Counted from the first letter of the stretch, positions 7,398-16,973 are shown. The stretch: 64,000 nt of DNA from Leptonemataceae bacterium (GCA_965227295.1 OZ245742.1:1088001-1152000), one strand, 5' to 3'. Notes: a model not told the origin generated them from the letters alone. A program made the numbers and translations.

Positions 7398-10250
7398 TTA
7401 GACGATTACGCCCTTCATCAGTTCCAACGTGCTCTTGCGACGGCGTTCGTTCCGCTCGTCCTCTGTTTCGATCTTGATCTCCACGTCCGGCTTCACTTTA
7501 AACAACGGCTCGCCTTTTTTCACAACGACGCCGTCCTGGCCGCCCAGCAGCACTTCTTCCACCGTGCCCGAAAACTCCGCGTGTACTTTGTTGAACATCT
7601 TCATCACTTCAATGATGTAGATGGGATCCCCGGCTTCGAAGTGAGTGCCAACTTCAAGATACGGCGGAGACGCCGGTGATTCCCTGGCGTAGAACATGCC
7701 ACCGGAAACAGCCACCAGGGTGTCCGCCGAGGCCGCCGGCGGCGGTGCCAGATAACGAAGATAGTCTTCCTGTTTGTCCGCGTCGAGAAACTGCGATGGA
7801 ATGGTCGGCTCCAGGCTATCGCTCACTCCAAAGCCCAGAAGACCGGAACGTTCGCCCATCATGACAAGGAGGTCGAGCACCGTCATGCCGCTCTGCCAGC
7901 CCCGATGAGCGGCCGCGCACTTGCGGAACATATCGTCGTCGAGGTTGTTGAACCCCTGGACGCCGGCGAAGCCGTTGCTGTCGCCGAGCAATCTGCGATT
8001 GAAGTCGTCGTACACCTGCGAGGCGTTTTCACCGGCAATGTGCAGGGAGATTTCGTACTCCTTTTCGGTGTCCACGCCGAGATGACTCTCCAGATCCTTG
8101 TAGAACGTCAGGCCCTTCTGCAACAATTCGTTGTCGTCCGGCCAGATGCGTTGCGCCGGCGCGGCGTCCTCGCGTTCTTCCAGGTGACAGAAATGATAAA
8201 GATCGTTTAAGATTCGCAGGGGATTGCGTTTCCAGTGCACACGCCCGCCCTGGATTTCGAAGGCCCGGCGATGATTGCGCACCAGCCAGCCCGCGAGTAC
8301 GTGAGGGTGCTCGAAGAGCAGGTCGATGGGCCGGGAGAGCAGCGTACGTTTGATGCCCAGGGTCTCGACGCCGGCCGGTCCGTACTGCGAAAGGATCTGC
8401 TTTTGAATCTCCGACCACGCGGTATCGAAATCGAAGGACTCCAGTTCTTTGGCGAGGCTGCCCACGGCGGCCAGGTACGGAACGACGAACTTCGTGTCCG
8501 GCTTCAGCATGGGATGGAGGCCCAGGCAGAAGTTCAAGATGCCGTAGTGAAAGTACAGGTTTGTGTTAACCTCGGGCCCGCGGATCTCCATGCGCCGCAG
8601 GATGTCCGAGAGACGATCGAGGTTCTGGCGGCGCCCCTTACCGTGGCTCACAACCAGAGCGACGTTGGAGTCGTACGCGCCCGCCAGGTGGTACTTGATG
8701 AACCAACCGGTATCGGGATTACGAAAGCCGATGCCCTGATCGTCTCGAAGTTCGTTGTCCACCGGCGCGGTCCAGGATTCGATCACACCGCCCGCGTGCG
8801 GCTGCAGTGCGTCGTTCGTAGCGTTCAAGCGCACTTCACCGCCGGCACGATAGCGCGGGGTACGCTCCGGTTTCGGCAGTCGCGTACCGTGGGCCGCAAC
8901 CAGCGCCATGGCTTCAACGAGGGACTCCACGACGAACGAATCGCCGGGATCGGAAGGGTTCGAAAACTTCAGGGAGTACACCATCTCGGTGACGCGGTGC
9001 TCCACCTGGATGCGGGTGTTCATCTCCATGAAATAAAAGTCCTGATCGGAGACGATGCATTCGAACGTGGAAGCGGAGTTTAGCTTCACAGCCGTGCCGA
9101 AGCGCTCCGCCTGTTCTTCCATGCGCTTTAAGGTACGCAGATCACCCTTCAGGACTTCGGCGAACTTGACGTGGCCTTCTTTCGTGGCCTGGGCGATTTC
9201 GTACTCGTAGAGTTCTTCGGTTATCGAAAGCTCCACGAGCTTCTGCTCGTGCATTTGCAACGAACAGTCCCGGCCGCCGAGGGCGATGGCCCACTCGCCG
9301 TTGCCGAGCATCTGGATCTCGTTGTGCCGGGTGCCTTCAATGTTCAGCTCAATGAGAAAGTTCTTGTTGTCCGCATCGCCGGTGGCCTTGGACTCGGAGA
9401 GCACTTCACTGACGGCGTTCTTGACTTCCTCGGTTTTCGTTACGATGCGCTGGCCCTTGCCGCCGCCGCCGCCGATGTACTTCAATCGCAGACGTTTGCC
9501 GGGGTTATCCTTAAACAACTGCTCGCACTGCGCCGTCGCTTCCGCCTGTAAATCTTCCACACTCACAAGGCCGATGCCTTTTGCATAACCCGCCTGAAGG
9601 ACAGCCTCGGCGTATTCCTCGGGGTCGGTGGACGTGGATTCCACACTGAGACCGTGTTCACCGGCCAGGTTCTTCAGAGAATCCAGGTCGCCGCCGGCCT
9701 TTTGCAAGAGCGTGACGGCTGTGATGTTATCGAGACCGGGCGTAACCGAAACACCGGCTTCCCGGGCGATGACCTTCGCCATGTCTTTCGCGCCGGCCTG
9801 GAAGTGTACGTTGCTCGCCGGGCCGATGAACCCCAGCCCCGCATCTTCGATGGCGTGCACGAAACCGCCGTCCTCGGACATGAAGCCGTAGCCGGCAAAG
9901 ATGTGCGTGTACTTATGCTTGCGTGCAATATTTACAATTTCACGGATGCGCTGCTGTTTCTCTTCGTGGCCGACGCCCATGTAATCCGGAACGCGATGCA
10001 CGCGGTCCGGCCGCATGACCCGCAACTCCGGAGCGAGGGTGTACGGATAGGCCACGGAATCCTTTTCCGAGAGCAGGATGCCATAGTCCGCGCCCAGCGA
10101 GCGGAAGACATCCATGGCTTCCATGCGAATGGGGCCGCGACAGACGATGAGGATTTTTAAATGCGCGCAGGAGAAGCCTGCAACCCAGGGACTGCTGGAC
10201 TCGCGATAACGGTCCCGGTTTTTTTTCTGCGTCAGAGTGTCGGCGGTCAA
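7398..10250 (-). CDS. Biotin-dependent carboxylase subunit: biotin carboxylase fused to a C-terminal biotinyl domain
   Basis: AGYGFMSE, GGGGKG, RDCSLQ, FMEMNTRIQVEHRVTE; IEVMKMFN biotin attachment site. Confidence 0.9.
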   Translation of the reverse strand: MTADTLTQKKNRDRYRESSSPWVAGFSCAHLKILIVCRGPIRMEAMDVFRSLGADYGILLSEKDSVAYPYTLAPELRVMRPDRVHRVPDYMGVGHEEKQQRIREIVNIARKHKYTHIFAGYGFMSEDGGFVHAIEDAGLGFIGPASNVHFQAGAKDMAKVIAREAGVSVTPGLDNITAVTLLQKAGGDLDSLKNLAGEHGLSVESTSTDPEEYAEAVLQAGYAKGIGLVSVEDLQAEATAQCEQLFKDNPGKRLRLKYIGGGGGKGQRIVTKTEEVKNAVSEVLSESKATGDADNKNFLIELNIEGTRHNEIQMLGNGEWAIALGGRDCSLQMHEQKLVELSITEELYEYEIAQATKEGHVKFAEVLKGDLRTLKRMEEQAERFGTAVKLNSASTFECIVSDQDFYFMEMNTRIQVEHRVTEMVYSLKFSNPSDPGDSFVVESLVEAMALVAAHGTRLPKPERTPRYRAGGEVRLNATNDALQPHAGGVIESWTAPVDNELRDDQGIGFRNPDTGWFIKYHLAGAYDSNVALVVSHGKGRRQNLDRLSDILRRMEIRGPEVNTNLYFHYGILNFCLGLHPMLKPDTKFVVPYLAAVGSLAKELESFDFDTAWSEIQKQILSQYGPAGVETLGIKRTLLSRPIDLLFEHPHVLAGWLVRNHRRAFEIQGGRVHWKRNPLRILNDLYHFCHLEEREDAAPAQRIWPDDNELLQKGLTFYKDLESHLGVDTEKEYEISLHIAGENASQVYDDFNRRLLGDSNGFAGVQGFNNLDDDMFRKCAAAHRGWQSGMTVLDLLVMMGERSGLLGFGVSDSLEPTIPSQFLDADKQEDYLRYLAPPPAASADTLVAVSGGMFYARESPASPPYLEVGTHFEAGDPIYIIEVMKMFNKVHAEFSGTVEEVLLGGQDGVVVKKGEPLFKVKPDVEIKIETEDERNERRRKSTLELMKGVIV

Positions 10251-10310
10251 AATGATATCCCGTTCGTTTCAGTGATAATGTAGGAGTTTTAGAGGAAAGG
10301 GCGGTGTCAA

Positions 10311-11702
10311 TTGATATTGCCTTGCCTGCCCGACTCCGACGCCGAGTCTGCCCGCGTGGTGGCTTCTGCCGATCCGGCCGATCGTTTCTACACGCGCTTC
10401 TTTCGAATTACGGGGCTGAACATCCTGTCCAACATCGTCGTGCCCCTGGCGAGCCTGGTGGACACCGCCATGCTCGGCCATCTGGAAGATGTTCGCTATC
10501 TCTCCGGCGCGGCCCTCGCAGGCATCCTCTTTAATTATGTCTACTGGACCTTCGGATTTCTTCGGATGTCCACGACGGGTGAGACGGCTCAGGCCGTCGG
10601 CCGCGGAGACCGCACGGGAGAGTACGGAGTTCTGTATCGTGGCGGCATTACGGCCGCCGGCATCGCGCTGGTAATCGTCCTGTTGCAGGGGCCCATCGCG
10701 GACGCGGGCTTTTCCCTCCTGGCGGGTGAGGAGGGCGTGAAGGCGGCGGGACGTGAGTATTTTTTCGCGCGTATCCTGGGGGCGCCCGCGGCATTCTTAA
10801 ATTTCGTGTTGTTAGGCTGGTTCCTGGGACGCGAACAATCTCACATCGCTCTGGCGATGACGTTTACGAATAACGTCGCGAACGTCGCCCTGAACTACTG
10901 GTTCATCATGGTACTTGGCTGGGCCGCGTACGGGGCCGGTCTTGCCACGGCCCTGGCCCAGTACGCCATGCTCGTCGTCGGCCTGCTACTCTTCTTCGCG
11001 CAGGGCCGACCGGTATACATTCCGCTCGCGCAGGTCCTGCATCGCGCGCAGTTGTTGCGATTGTTCAGTTTGAACCGGGACATCATGATCCGCACGTTCG
11101 TGTTGATTTCGGCGTTCTCGCTGTTTACAAACTACAGCTCCGTCCTCGGCAAGGCCGTGCTCGCTTCCAACGCCGTGATCTTGAAGTTCATTGAACTGGC
11201 GGCCTATCTCATCGACGGAGCGGCCTTCGCCTCGGAAACCTTCGCCGGCATGTTCCGCGGCGCACGAGATCGGCCCGGCTTTCGAAAACTGGTGCGCGTC
11301 GCGATGGCCAGCGGCCTGGTCTTTGCGGCCGCGTTCTTGATTCCGCTGCTCGCCGTGCCGGAGCTGGTGTTCGGATTTATGACGAACTCCACCGAACTCC
11401 TGGACGCGATGCTCACTGATGCCGTCTGGTGCCTGCCGATCCTGGTCTTCGGCGCGGTGGCCTTCGTCTACGACGGGATTTTCATTGGACTTTCGCAGGG
11501 ACGAGCCCTGCGCAACGCAATGCTGATCAGTTTTTTCGGCGGCTTCCTGCCGCTCGCCTACCTGGGCTTAATGTATCGCGAGAATGACTTACTGTGGTTG
11601 TCGATGGCGGGCTTTATGCTGGTGCGAGCGTTGACGCTGCACGTTGCCATGCGATGGGTGTACCGCGACTTCGACGAAGCGGCGGCACCCCCATCGAACT
11701 AA
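10311..11702 (+). CDS. MATE family efflux transporter (DinF-like)
   Basis: LSNIVVPLASLVDTAMLGHL, FGFLRMSTTG; about 12 TM segments; start uncertain. Confidence 0.9.
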   Translation: MILPCLPDSDAESARVVASADPADRFYTRFFRITGLNILSNIVVPLASLVDTAMLGHLEDVRYLSGAALAGILFNYVYWTFGFLRMSTTGETAQAVGRGDRTGEYGVLYRGGITAAGIALVIVLLQGPIADAGFSLLAGEEGVKAAGREYFFARILGAPAAFLNFVLLGWFLGREQSHIALAMTFTNNVANVALNYWFIMVLGWAAYGAGLATALAQYAMLVVGLLLFFAQGRPVYIPLAQVLHRAQLLRLFSLNRDIMIRTFVLISAFSLFTNYSSVLGKAVLASNAVILKFIELAAYLIDGAAFASETFAGMFRGARDRPGFRKLVRVAMASGLVFAAAFLIPLLAVPELVFGFMTNSTELLDAMLTDAVWCLPILVFGAVAFVYDGIFIGLSQGRALRNAMLISFFGGFLPLAYLGLMYRENDLLWLSMAGFMLVRALTLHVAMRWVYRDFDEAAAPPSN

Positions 11703-11709
11703 CAACGGC

Positions 11710-12120
11710 TCAACAGTAAAGGTCGCTATCGCGCAGGAAGGCTTTACACTGATTCGATTCGCAGAACATGTCGTTGCCGCGCAGGTACGCCTTGCAATCG
11801 CCGCTATCACAGTAAAGGTCTGAATCACGCAACATGGCCTTGCAATCCTCGCTCTCGCAATACAGGTCCGAGTTACGCAGGATGGCCTTGCAATCGTTGG
11901 TATCGCAGTAAAGATCACTGCCGCTCAGAATGGCCTTGCAATCACCACTGGTGCAGTACAGGTCTGATCCGTTGATGAAGGCCTTACAGTCACCGGTGGA
12001 CCAGGTGCGATAGCCGATTTGTTTGATCGACGGCTTGAGCGCATACAGCGCGCCGGCAGCAACGCTGATCGCAAAGATGACAGCGATGAGGAGTTTGACG
12101 GGATGTCCGGTTAAGTTCAC
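11710..12120 (-). CDS. Exported/membrane-anchored Cys-rich tandem-repeat protein of unknown function
   Basis: GGAGG RBS before GTG at 12120; hydrophobic N-terminal segment; six 16-aa repeats. Confidence 0.8.
   Translation of the reverse strand: MNLTGHPVKLLIAVIFAISVAAGALYALKPSIKQIGYRTWSTGDCKAFINGSDLYCTSGDCKAILSGSDLYCDTNDCKAILRNSDLYCESEDCKAMLRDSDLYCDSGDCKAYLRGNDMFCESNQCKAFLRDSDLYC
11713..12000 (-). repeat. Six tandem 48-bp coding repeats (consensus xSxDCKAhLRxSDLYC)
   Basis: STGDCKAFINGSDLYC / TSGDCKAILSGSDLYC / DTNDCKAILRNSDLYC / ESEDCKAMLRDSDLYC / DSGDCKAYLRGNDMFC / ESNQCKAFLRDSDLYC. Confidence 0.95.
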
Positions 12121-12145
12121 GAGAACCTCCGCTAGAGTTGGATGG

Positions 12146-12748
12146 CTAAGTCCGAACGATGCCGTCCAACACGTCGATCGTTTTTCGTCGCGCGACAAGC
12201 AGCGGCGTCTCTTCGTTCGCGGTCTGCGCGAAGATCAGCGCGCCCTGCCAGAGCATCAGCAGTTCCCCGGCCGTACTGCGGGCCCGGCGCCGACTGATCC
12301 TCCGCGCGCTCATGCGCAACAGTTCGTCCGCCAGAAAATCTTCCATGGCCGTGAACCAGGCCTGGACCGCCTCGCGCACCGGCGATAGCTGATCCTGACC
12401 GGCCGCCTCCGCCGCGAGCTTACCGAACGGGCAACCCGGAATGCGCCCGCTCTCCGCGCGGTCTTCACGCTGGGCCTGCAACATGAGATCGTAGTAACCG
12501 AGGATGCGTTCGCGCGGCCCGGACTCTCCGAAGAAGGTATCCACCGCGGTGAAAACCCGGTCCGAATTTCTGCGAATAACCGCCACCGCCAGCTCGGCCT
12601 TGTCGCGATGATAATGATACAGCGAGCCCTTATTCACTCCGGCCTCGGCGCAGATTTGATCCACACCCACGGAACCGTAGCCGTGCCGCCAGAAGAGCCG
12701 GCCGGCCGCCTCGAGGAGTTTGTCGCGCGCCTCCGCCCTGCGTCCCAT
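12146..12748 (-). CDS. TetR/AcrR family regulator (NemR-like)
   Basis: HTH GVDQICAEAGVNKGSLYHY; C-terminal GCPFG motif. Confidence 0.92.
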   Translation of the reverse strand: MGRRAEARDKLLEAAGRLFWRHGYGSVGVDQICAEAGVNKGSLYHYHRDKAELAVAVIRRNSDRVFTAVDTFFGESGPRERILGYYDLMLQAQREDRAESGRIPGCPFGKLAAEAAGQDQLSPVREAVQAWFTAMEDFLADELLRMSARRISRRRARSTAGELLMLWQGALIFAQTANEETPLLVARRKTIDVLDGIVRT

Positions 12749-12788
12749 GCCGCCATTTCCGCACACTCGCAGCACAGGACAATCTTTT

Positions 12789-12804
12789 TTGACAGATTGG
12801 TCAA
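12789..12804. promoter_or_regulatory. Putative TetR operator, copy 1 (TTGAC-N6-GTCAA)
   Basis: TTGACAGATTGGTCAA within the longer dyad TCTTTTTTGAC..GTCAAAAAAGA (12783-12810). Confidence 0.75.
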
Positions 12805-12840
12805 AAAAGACTTGCACCGAAAGCGGGGTGCCGGCCTTTT

Positions 12841-12856
12841 TTGACCAATCTGTCAA
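12841..12856. promoter_or_regulatory. Putative TetR operator, copy 2 (exact reverse complement of copy 1)
   Basis: TTGACCAATCTGTCAA just upstream of the dehalogenase start. Confidence 0.75.
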
Positions 12857-12870
12857 TTATGAGGTCGTTT

Positions 12871-13860
12871 ATGTTTCCTTTCCCATCCTTCGCCCGCGTC
12901 GCCATTGTCGGCATGGCGCTTGCACTGTTCCCTCAGTGCCTGGACCTGATTCCCATGCTCGCGCCCTCGGTGGACGCGGAGCCGAACCTTTCGGCGGAAT
13001 TCCCGTACGAATCCCGATTCATCACGGTAAAGGGATCGCGCATGCACTACGTCGAGATCGGGGAGGGCGATCCGATCCTCCTGGTGCACGGTAATCCGAC
13101 GTCTTCATATCTGTGGCGGAACGTGATTCCGAAACTGGAGATCAGCGGCCGGGTGATCGCCGTGGATTTGATCGGCATGGGAAAATCCGACAAGCCGGAT
13201 CTCGACTACACCTTCGTCGACCACGCGGAGTACTTCACGGCTTTCGTGGATGCCATGCAATTGAAGGACGTAACCCTGGTGGTCCATGATTGGGGCGGCG
13301 GCCTGGGATTCGACTATGCGGCGAAGCATGCAGACAACGTACGCGGTATCGCGTTTATGGAAGCCGTCGTCCGCCCCATGGACTGGAGCATTGCGAGCCC
13401 GCCGGAGAAATACATCTTCGGCCGCTTCCGCGACCCGGAGGACGGGCATCAGATCAACGCCGTCGATAACTACTTCGTGGAGAAACTGCTACCCATGATG
13501 GCCGGACGCAACCTGAGCAAAACCGAGATGGACCACTACCGCTCGCCGTTTCCCACGGTGGAATCCCGCAAGCCCGTGGCGATGTGGCCCCAGGAACTGC
13601 CGTTCCTCGACGAAAGCAATCGCAACGTGGAACGCATCGGCGGGAACTATAAGAAGATTCAGGAATCCGACATACCGCTGTTGCTGTTACACGGAGAGCC
13701 CGGGGCGATCTTCAAGCCGGAAGTCGTGGAAATCGTGAAGAGCGAAATCCCGCGACTGAAAACGGTCCACGTCGGTGGCGGCATTCACTATCTCCAGGAG
13801 TCACAACCGTCAAAGATCGGCGCGTCCGTCGCCGCCTGGATTAAAGAGGATCTGGACTAA
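12871..13860 (+). CDS. Haloalkane dehalogenase (HLD-II-like) with N-terminal lipoprotein-type signal
   Basis: HGNPTSSYLWRN, VHDWGG (Asp nucleophile plus Trp), FMEA, GIHYLQE; VAIVGMALALFPQC signal. Confidence 0.9.
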   Translation: MFPFPSFARVAIVGMALALFPQCLDLIPMLAPSVDAEPNLSAEFPYESRFITVKGSRMHYVEIGEGDPILLVHGNPTSSYLWRNVIPKLEISGRVIAVDLIGMGKSDKPDLDYTFVDHAEYFTAFVDAMQLKDVTLVVHDWGGGLGFDYAAKHADNVRGIAFMEAVVRPMDWSIASPPEKYIFGRFRDPEDGHQINAVDNYFVEKLLPMMAGRNLSKTEMDHYRSPFPTVESRKPVAMWPQELPFLDESNRNVERIGGNYKKIQESDIPLLLLHGEPGAIFKPEVVEIVKSEIPRLKTVHVGGGIHYLQESQPSKIGASVAAWIKEDLD

Positions 13861-13877
13861 CCGTCGCGCAAAAAATC

Positions 13878-14411
13878 TTACTGCGTCGGCGCTTTCCGGG
13901 GGACGAGTTTTACGCTTTTGACGATGGCGTCCCCCTGTTCGCGTCGGTCCTGGCGAAATGCTATGTATAGAAAGTGCAGGACCAACTCCCGGCGCACAAT
14001 GCGCACGTAGCGGACGACCTGGTTCTCCCCGACTTTGCCCGCACATTCCGCATCGATGTCAAAGTCGCCGCCGTCCGCGGGCAGCGGCGGCAGGTCGCAG
14101 CCGGGCACGAAGTTCGAGATCACCTGCGGCAGTTCTTTTTCGAATTCAAGGCGGATCCGAAAAGCGGTCTGGGCGATGAAGTAATCGTCGTCGGAGAGGG
14201 CCGTAACCTCGATTGTCGGAAAGTTACCGCGGCGCTCCCGCACCAGGCGGGCCCGGGACGGAACCTTAAAACTCAGGCCGAGTTCCGATTCGGAGACGGT
14301 CGTCCCCGGGGCCAGGAACTCCACATCCGGGACGGTGTCCTCGGATTCCGCGGCGAGGCCGGCGGTAAATAGCAGCAGGGCGGGCAATAGAAAGCTTCGT
14401 CGAATCATCAT
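13878..14411 (-). CDS. Hypothetical exported protein
   Basis: Signal peptide MMIRRSFLLPALLLFTAGLAA; coupled to upstream genes. Confidence 0.7.
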   Translation of the reverse strand: MMIRRSFLLPALLLFTAGLAAESEDTVPDVEFLAPGTTVSESELGLSFKVPSRARLVRERRGNFPTIEVTALSDDDYFIAQTAFRIRLEFEKELPQVISNFVPGCDLPPLPADGGDFDIDAECAGKVGENQVVRYVRIVRRELVLHFLYIAFRQDRREQGDAIVKSVKLVPRKAPTQ

Positions 14412-14896
14412 CAGTACAGAATTTGCTCAAACCGGAGCGGGGCTGCGTCTATGTAGTCATACGCCGGGATGGAACTCGCGTTCCCAAAGTACTCGTTAAA
14501 CTTCTCATCGCCCACCGATGTAAAAATGCCGTCCAGCACCAGTCCCGTAAATTTCCCGCGAACGTTGTAGGCCTGGCCTTCGATGAGATCACTCACGCGC
14601 TTCTCCGCGCGCCGATCAAAACGATCTTCGCGGTAGCGGTAGAACACCTGACGGCCTTCCAGGTCGTAGAACGCCAGGTAGTCGCCGCGCTTGCCGGAGT
14701 ATCGCAGTCGCCACGTTTCCGGCGGTGCCGTGTTCTGCGCCAGGTAACGCTCCCGGATTTCTTTCACGCGCGGGTCGGTTTCGCGGATGTCACTCCCTGA
14801 ATAAGGCTGCGGCTCGCTCGCCGACTGGGCCGCGATGCTTAAGTTTAGAATGCCAGGCATTAGCAACAGGAAGGCCAATCGGCACACAGGATTCAC
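14411..14896 (-). CDS. Hypothetical exported protein
   Basis: Signal-peptide-like N-terminus; start and stop overlap neighbours. Confidence 0.7.
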   Translation of the reverse strand: MNPVCRLAFLLLMPGILNLSIAAQSASEPQPYSGSDIRETDPRVKEIRERYLAQNTAPPETWRLRYSGKRGDYLAFYDLEGRQVFYRYREDRFDRRAEKRVSDLIEGQAYNVRGKFTGLVLDGIFTSVGDEKFNEYFGNASSIPAYDYIDAAPLRFEQILY

Positions 14897-16053
14897 GGAG
14901 CTTCGCCGCCTTCTGCGGTCTCGCCGTCATCGCTTTCGGCTTCGTCCGAGTCGTCTTCGTTGCCGTCAAGTTTTTTGAGTGCGGTTTCCGCGGCGCTGCG
15001 GGCGCTCCGACTCGCGTCATTTTTCGCGATGTACTCCAGCAGACCGCGAGCTTCTTCCATGCGCGCTTCTCCGAGTTCCACGATAGCACGAATACGCATG
15101 CGCGGGTCATCGTCCCGGGCGGCGGCCATGAGTTCTTTCTTCACGGAGTCGTCGCCGAGACGCACCAACGCGGTCAGCAGTTGCATTTTGAACGCGCTGT
15201 ACCGCGCACGTTCGTTCTTGTTCGCGAGAGCGCGGATGTTGTCGAGTTCTTCGCGCAACGTCTGCGCCGAAGCGGGATTGCCGATTTTGCCGACCGAGTT
15301 CGTGGCATAGGCCCTGGAGATGACCTGCGCACTTTCGTCGCGGACAATTTCCAGCAAATAGTCGTTCATGTTCGCCGTTTTGGCGCGGCCGAAGTAGAGC
15401 AAAATCTCCAGGCGGACCTCGGAGGATGTCGCAGTGTCCTCGGCCTTATCTTTTAAAAAATCTGCGACGGCACCGTGCTCCATGTTGCCGAGCAGACGGA
15501 TGGCCGATGACAGCGCCGGATCGTTTTCGGTGAAGTCGGCTTTTTTAACCAGTTCCGTAAGATGAGGCACCGCCGTTTCGGTGCGGACCTTGTTCAACGC
15601 GTTCACCGCGGAAAGTACGACGCGATCGTTGTCGTCTTTCAGGGCCTCGATGAACGTTTGGGCGGAGCCCTCGTCTTTCAATCCGGCCAGGGTATCGATG
15701 GCGGTCCCGCGGATCGTGTCGTCCAGGTCTTCCCGGGCGAACTTGCGCAGCACTTCGATAAAGGGTCCGCGCTCGTCTTCCTCGAGACGTTCGATCTTAC
15801 GCATGGCGAACTTACGTTCGGAAGAAGCGGCGTACTGGACTTGATTGAGCAGGCCTTCCAGAGCGGCCTTACGTTTTTCGGCTTTCTTCGCGGCGGCTTC
15901 CGCGGACTCCTCGGCGTGCAACACCGGATGATGGCCGGCGGGCAGAATTGGCGCGAGCGTTAACGCGAGCGCGAAGGTACAAAGACCGGCGGCAGACTTA
16001 AGCGTCGGCCTGATCCCGGAGGCGGCGGTTCTCTTCTTCGAGCCGGGCCACAC
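14893..16053 (-). CDS. Exported HEAT-repeat protein
   Basis: Repeated helical units ([35 protein letters not shown]); start uncertain (GTG 16053). Confidence 0.8.
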   Translation of the reverse strand: MWPGSKKRTAASGIRPTLKSAAGLCTFALALTLAPILPAGHHPVLHAEESAEAAAKKAEKRKAALEGLLNQVQYAASSERKFAMRKIERLEEDERGPFIEVLRKFAREDLDDTIRGTAIDTLAGLKDEGSAQTFIEALKDDNDRVVLSAVNALNKVRTETAVPHLTELVKKADFTENDPALSSAIRLLGNMEHGAVADFLKDKAEDTATSSEVRLEILLYFGRAKTANMNDYLLEIVRDESAQVISRAYATNSVGKIGNPASAQTLREELDNIRALANKNERARYSAFKMQLLTALVRLGDDSVKKELMAAARDDDPRMRIRAIVELGEARMEEARGLLEYIAKNDASRSARSAAETALKKLDGNEDDSDEAESDDGETAEGGEAP

Positions 16054-16492
16054 GGCCTTCCAGATTGTTGAGCAGGCGTTGGTTTTCGATGTTCTCGCGA
16101 AAGCGGGTAATGAGTTCTTCAATGTCTCGCTTGAGCGTGTCCATGTTCCAGGGTTTTTCCACATAACGATTCAACCCTCCGTAGTTGATCGCGTGGATGG
16201 CGTTGTCGAGGCCGGCCTGGCCGGTAAGCAGGATCTTGATTGCGTCGGGGTGATCCTTGTGCAGGGTCTCCAGGAACTGGTCGCCCTTCATGCCGGGCAT
16301 GACCTGATCCGTGATAATCACCTCAATGAGGCCGCCGGAACCTTCGATCTCCTTGATGAGGTCGAGGCCCTCTTCGGCGCTGTTCGCAATCTCGATTTCG
16401 TGACTGTCACCGAAGTGCTCTCGGAGCTGCTCGCGAAGGGTTTCGAGCACCGAGACCTCGTCGTCCACGCAAACGAAGTAGCCTTTCTCCAT
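15998..16492 (-). CDS. Response regulator receiver protein with C-terminal coiled coil
   Basis: [25 protein letters not shown]. Confidence 0.93.
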   Translation of the reverse strand: MEKGYFVCVDDEVSVLETLREQLREHFGDSHEIEIANSAEEGLDLIKEIEGSGGLIEVIITDQVMPGMKGDQFLETLHKDHPDAIKILLTGQAGLDNAIHAINYGGLNRYVEKPWNMDTLKRDIEELITRFRENIENQRLLNNLEGRVARLEEENRRLRDQADA

Positions 16493-16518
16493 CTATCGAT
16501 CTCCCTGAAATCATCGAC

Positions 16519-16662
16519 CGGCGGGATTTTTTCTTTAGTACGCGCCGCAGCGCGGGGGTTCCCCGGTGGCCTCTGGACCCCTTATTAGATGAATGTAGGT
16601 TCCACCGCAATTCGAACAAGTACTTAATCGTCTCCATCTCGACTGTACGGAAAAATCCGCCG
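16519..16662. ncRNA. Candidate structured RNA or fold-back element (unassigned)
   Basis: Closing stem CGGC-GGATTTTTTC..GTAC / GTAC-GGAAAAATCC-GCCG enclosing CGGTGG/CCACCG and small hairpins. Confidence 0.35.
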
Positions 16663-16710
16663 CCACGGGGCCGGCTTGACGCACCGAGCGGGCAATACAC
16701 GATCTCCGCA

Positions 16711-16941
16711 ATGGCATACAAATACTTAAAGACCCAACAGATCGTCCCGGACAAGGGCATGAGCTTCACGCTCTACGAGATTGAAGGGGAGAACGAAATC
16801 GTGCGCATGCTGACGGCGATTCCTGAGGCGGATACCTACAAAGCATATCCGAAACCGCCGGTGAAAACCCTCTTCGCTCCCGAACGCTGTGACGCGTCCA
16901 CACCGGAAGAATTTGAGGACCTCTGGAATAAGGCGCAGTGA
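16711..16941 (+). CDS. Small hypothetical protein (76 aa)
   Basis: ATG start, protein-like composition, fills an intergenic gap. Confidence 0.7.
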   Translation: MAYKYLKTQQIVPDKGMSFTLYEIEGENEIVRMLTAIPEADTYKAYPKPPVKTLFAPERCDASTPEEFEDLWNKAQ

Positions 16942-16973
16942 GTATCGCGCAAGAATTGGAAAGGAAGGAAACG

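Noticed and set aside
11713..12000. 48-bp periodic repeat as a CRISPR array
   Set aside because: Units are in-frame coding repeats with synonymous variation, no unique spacers and no cas genes.
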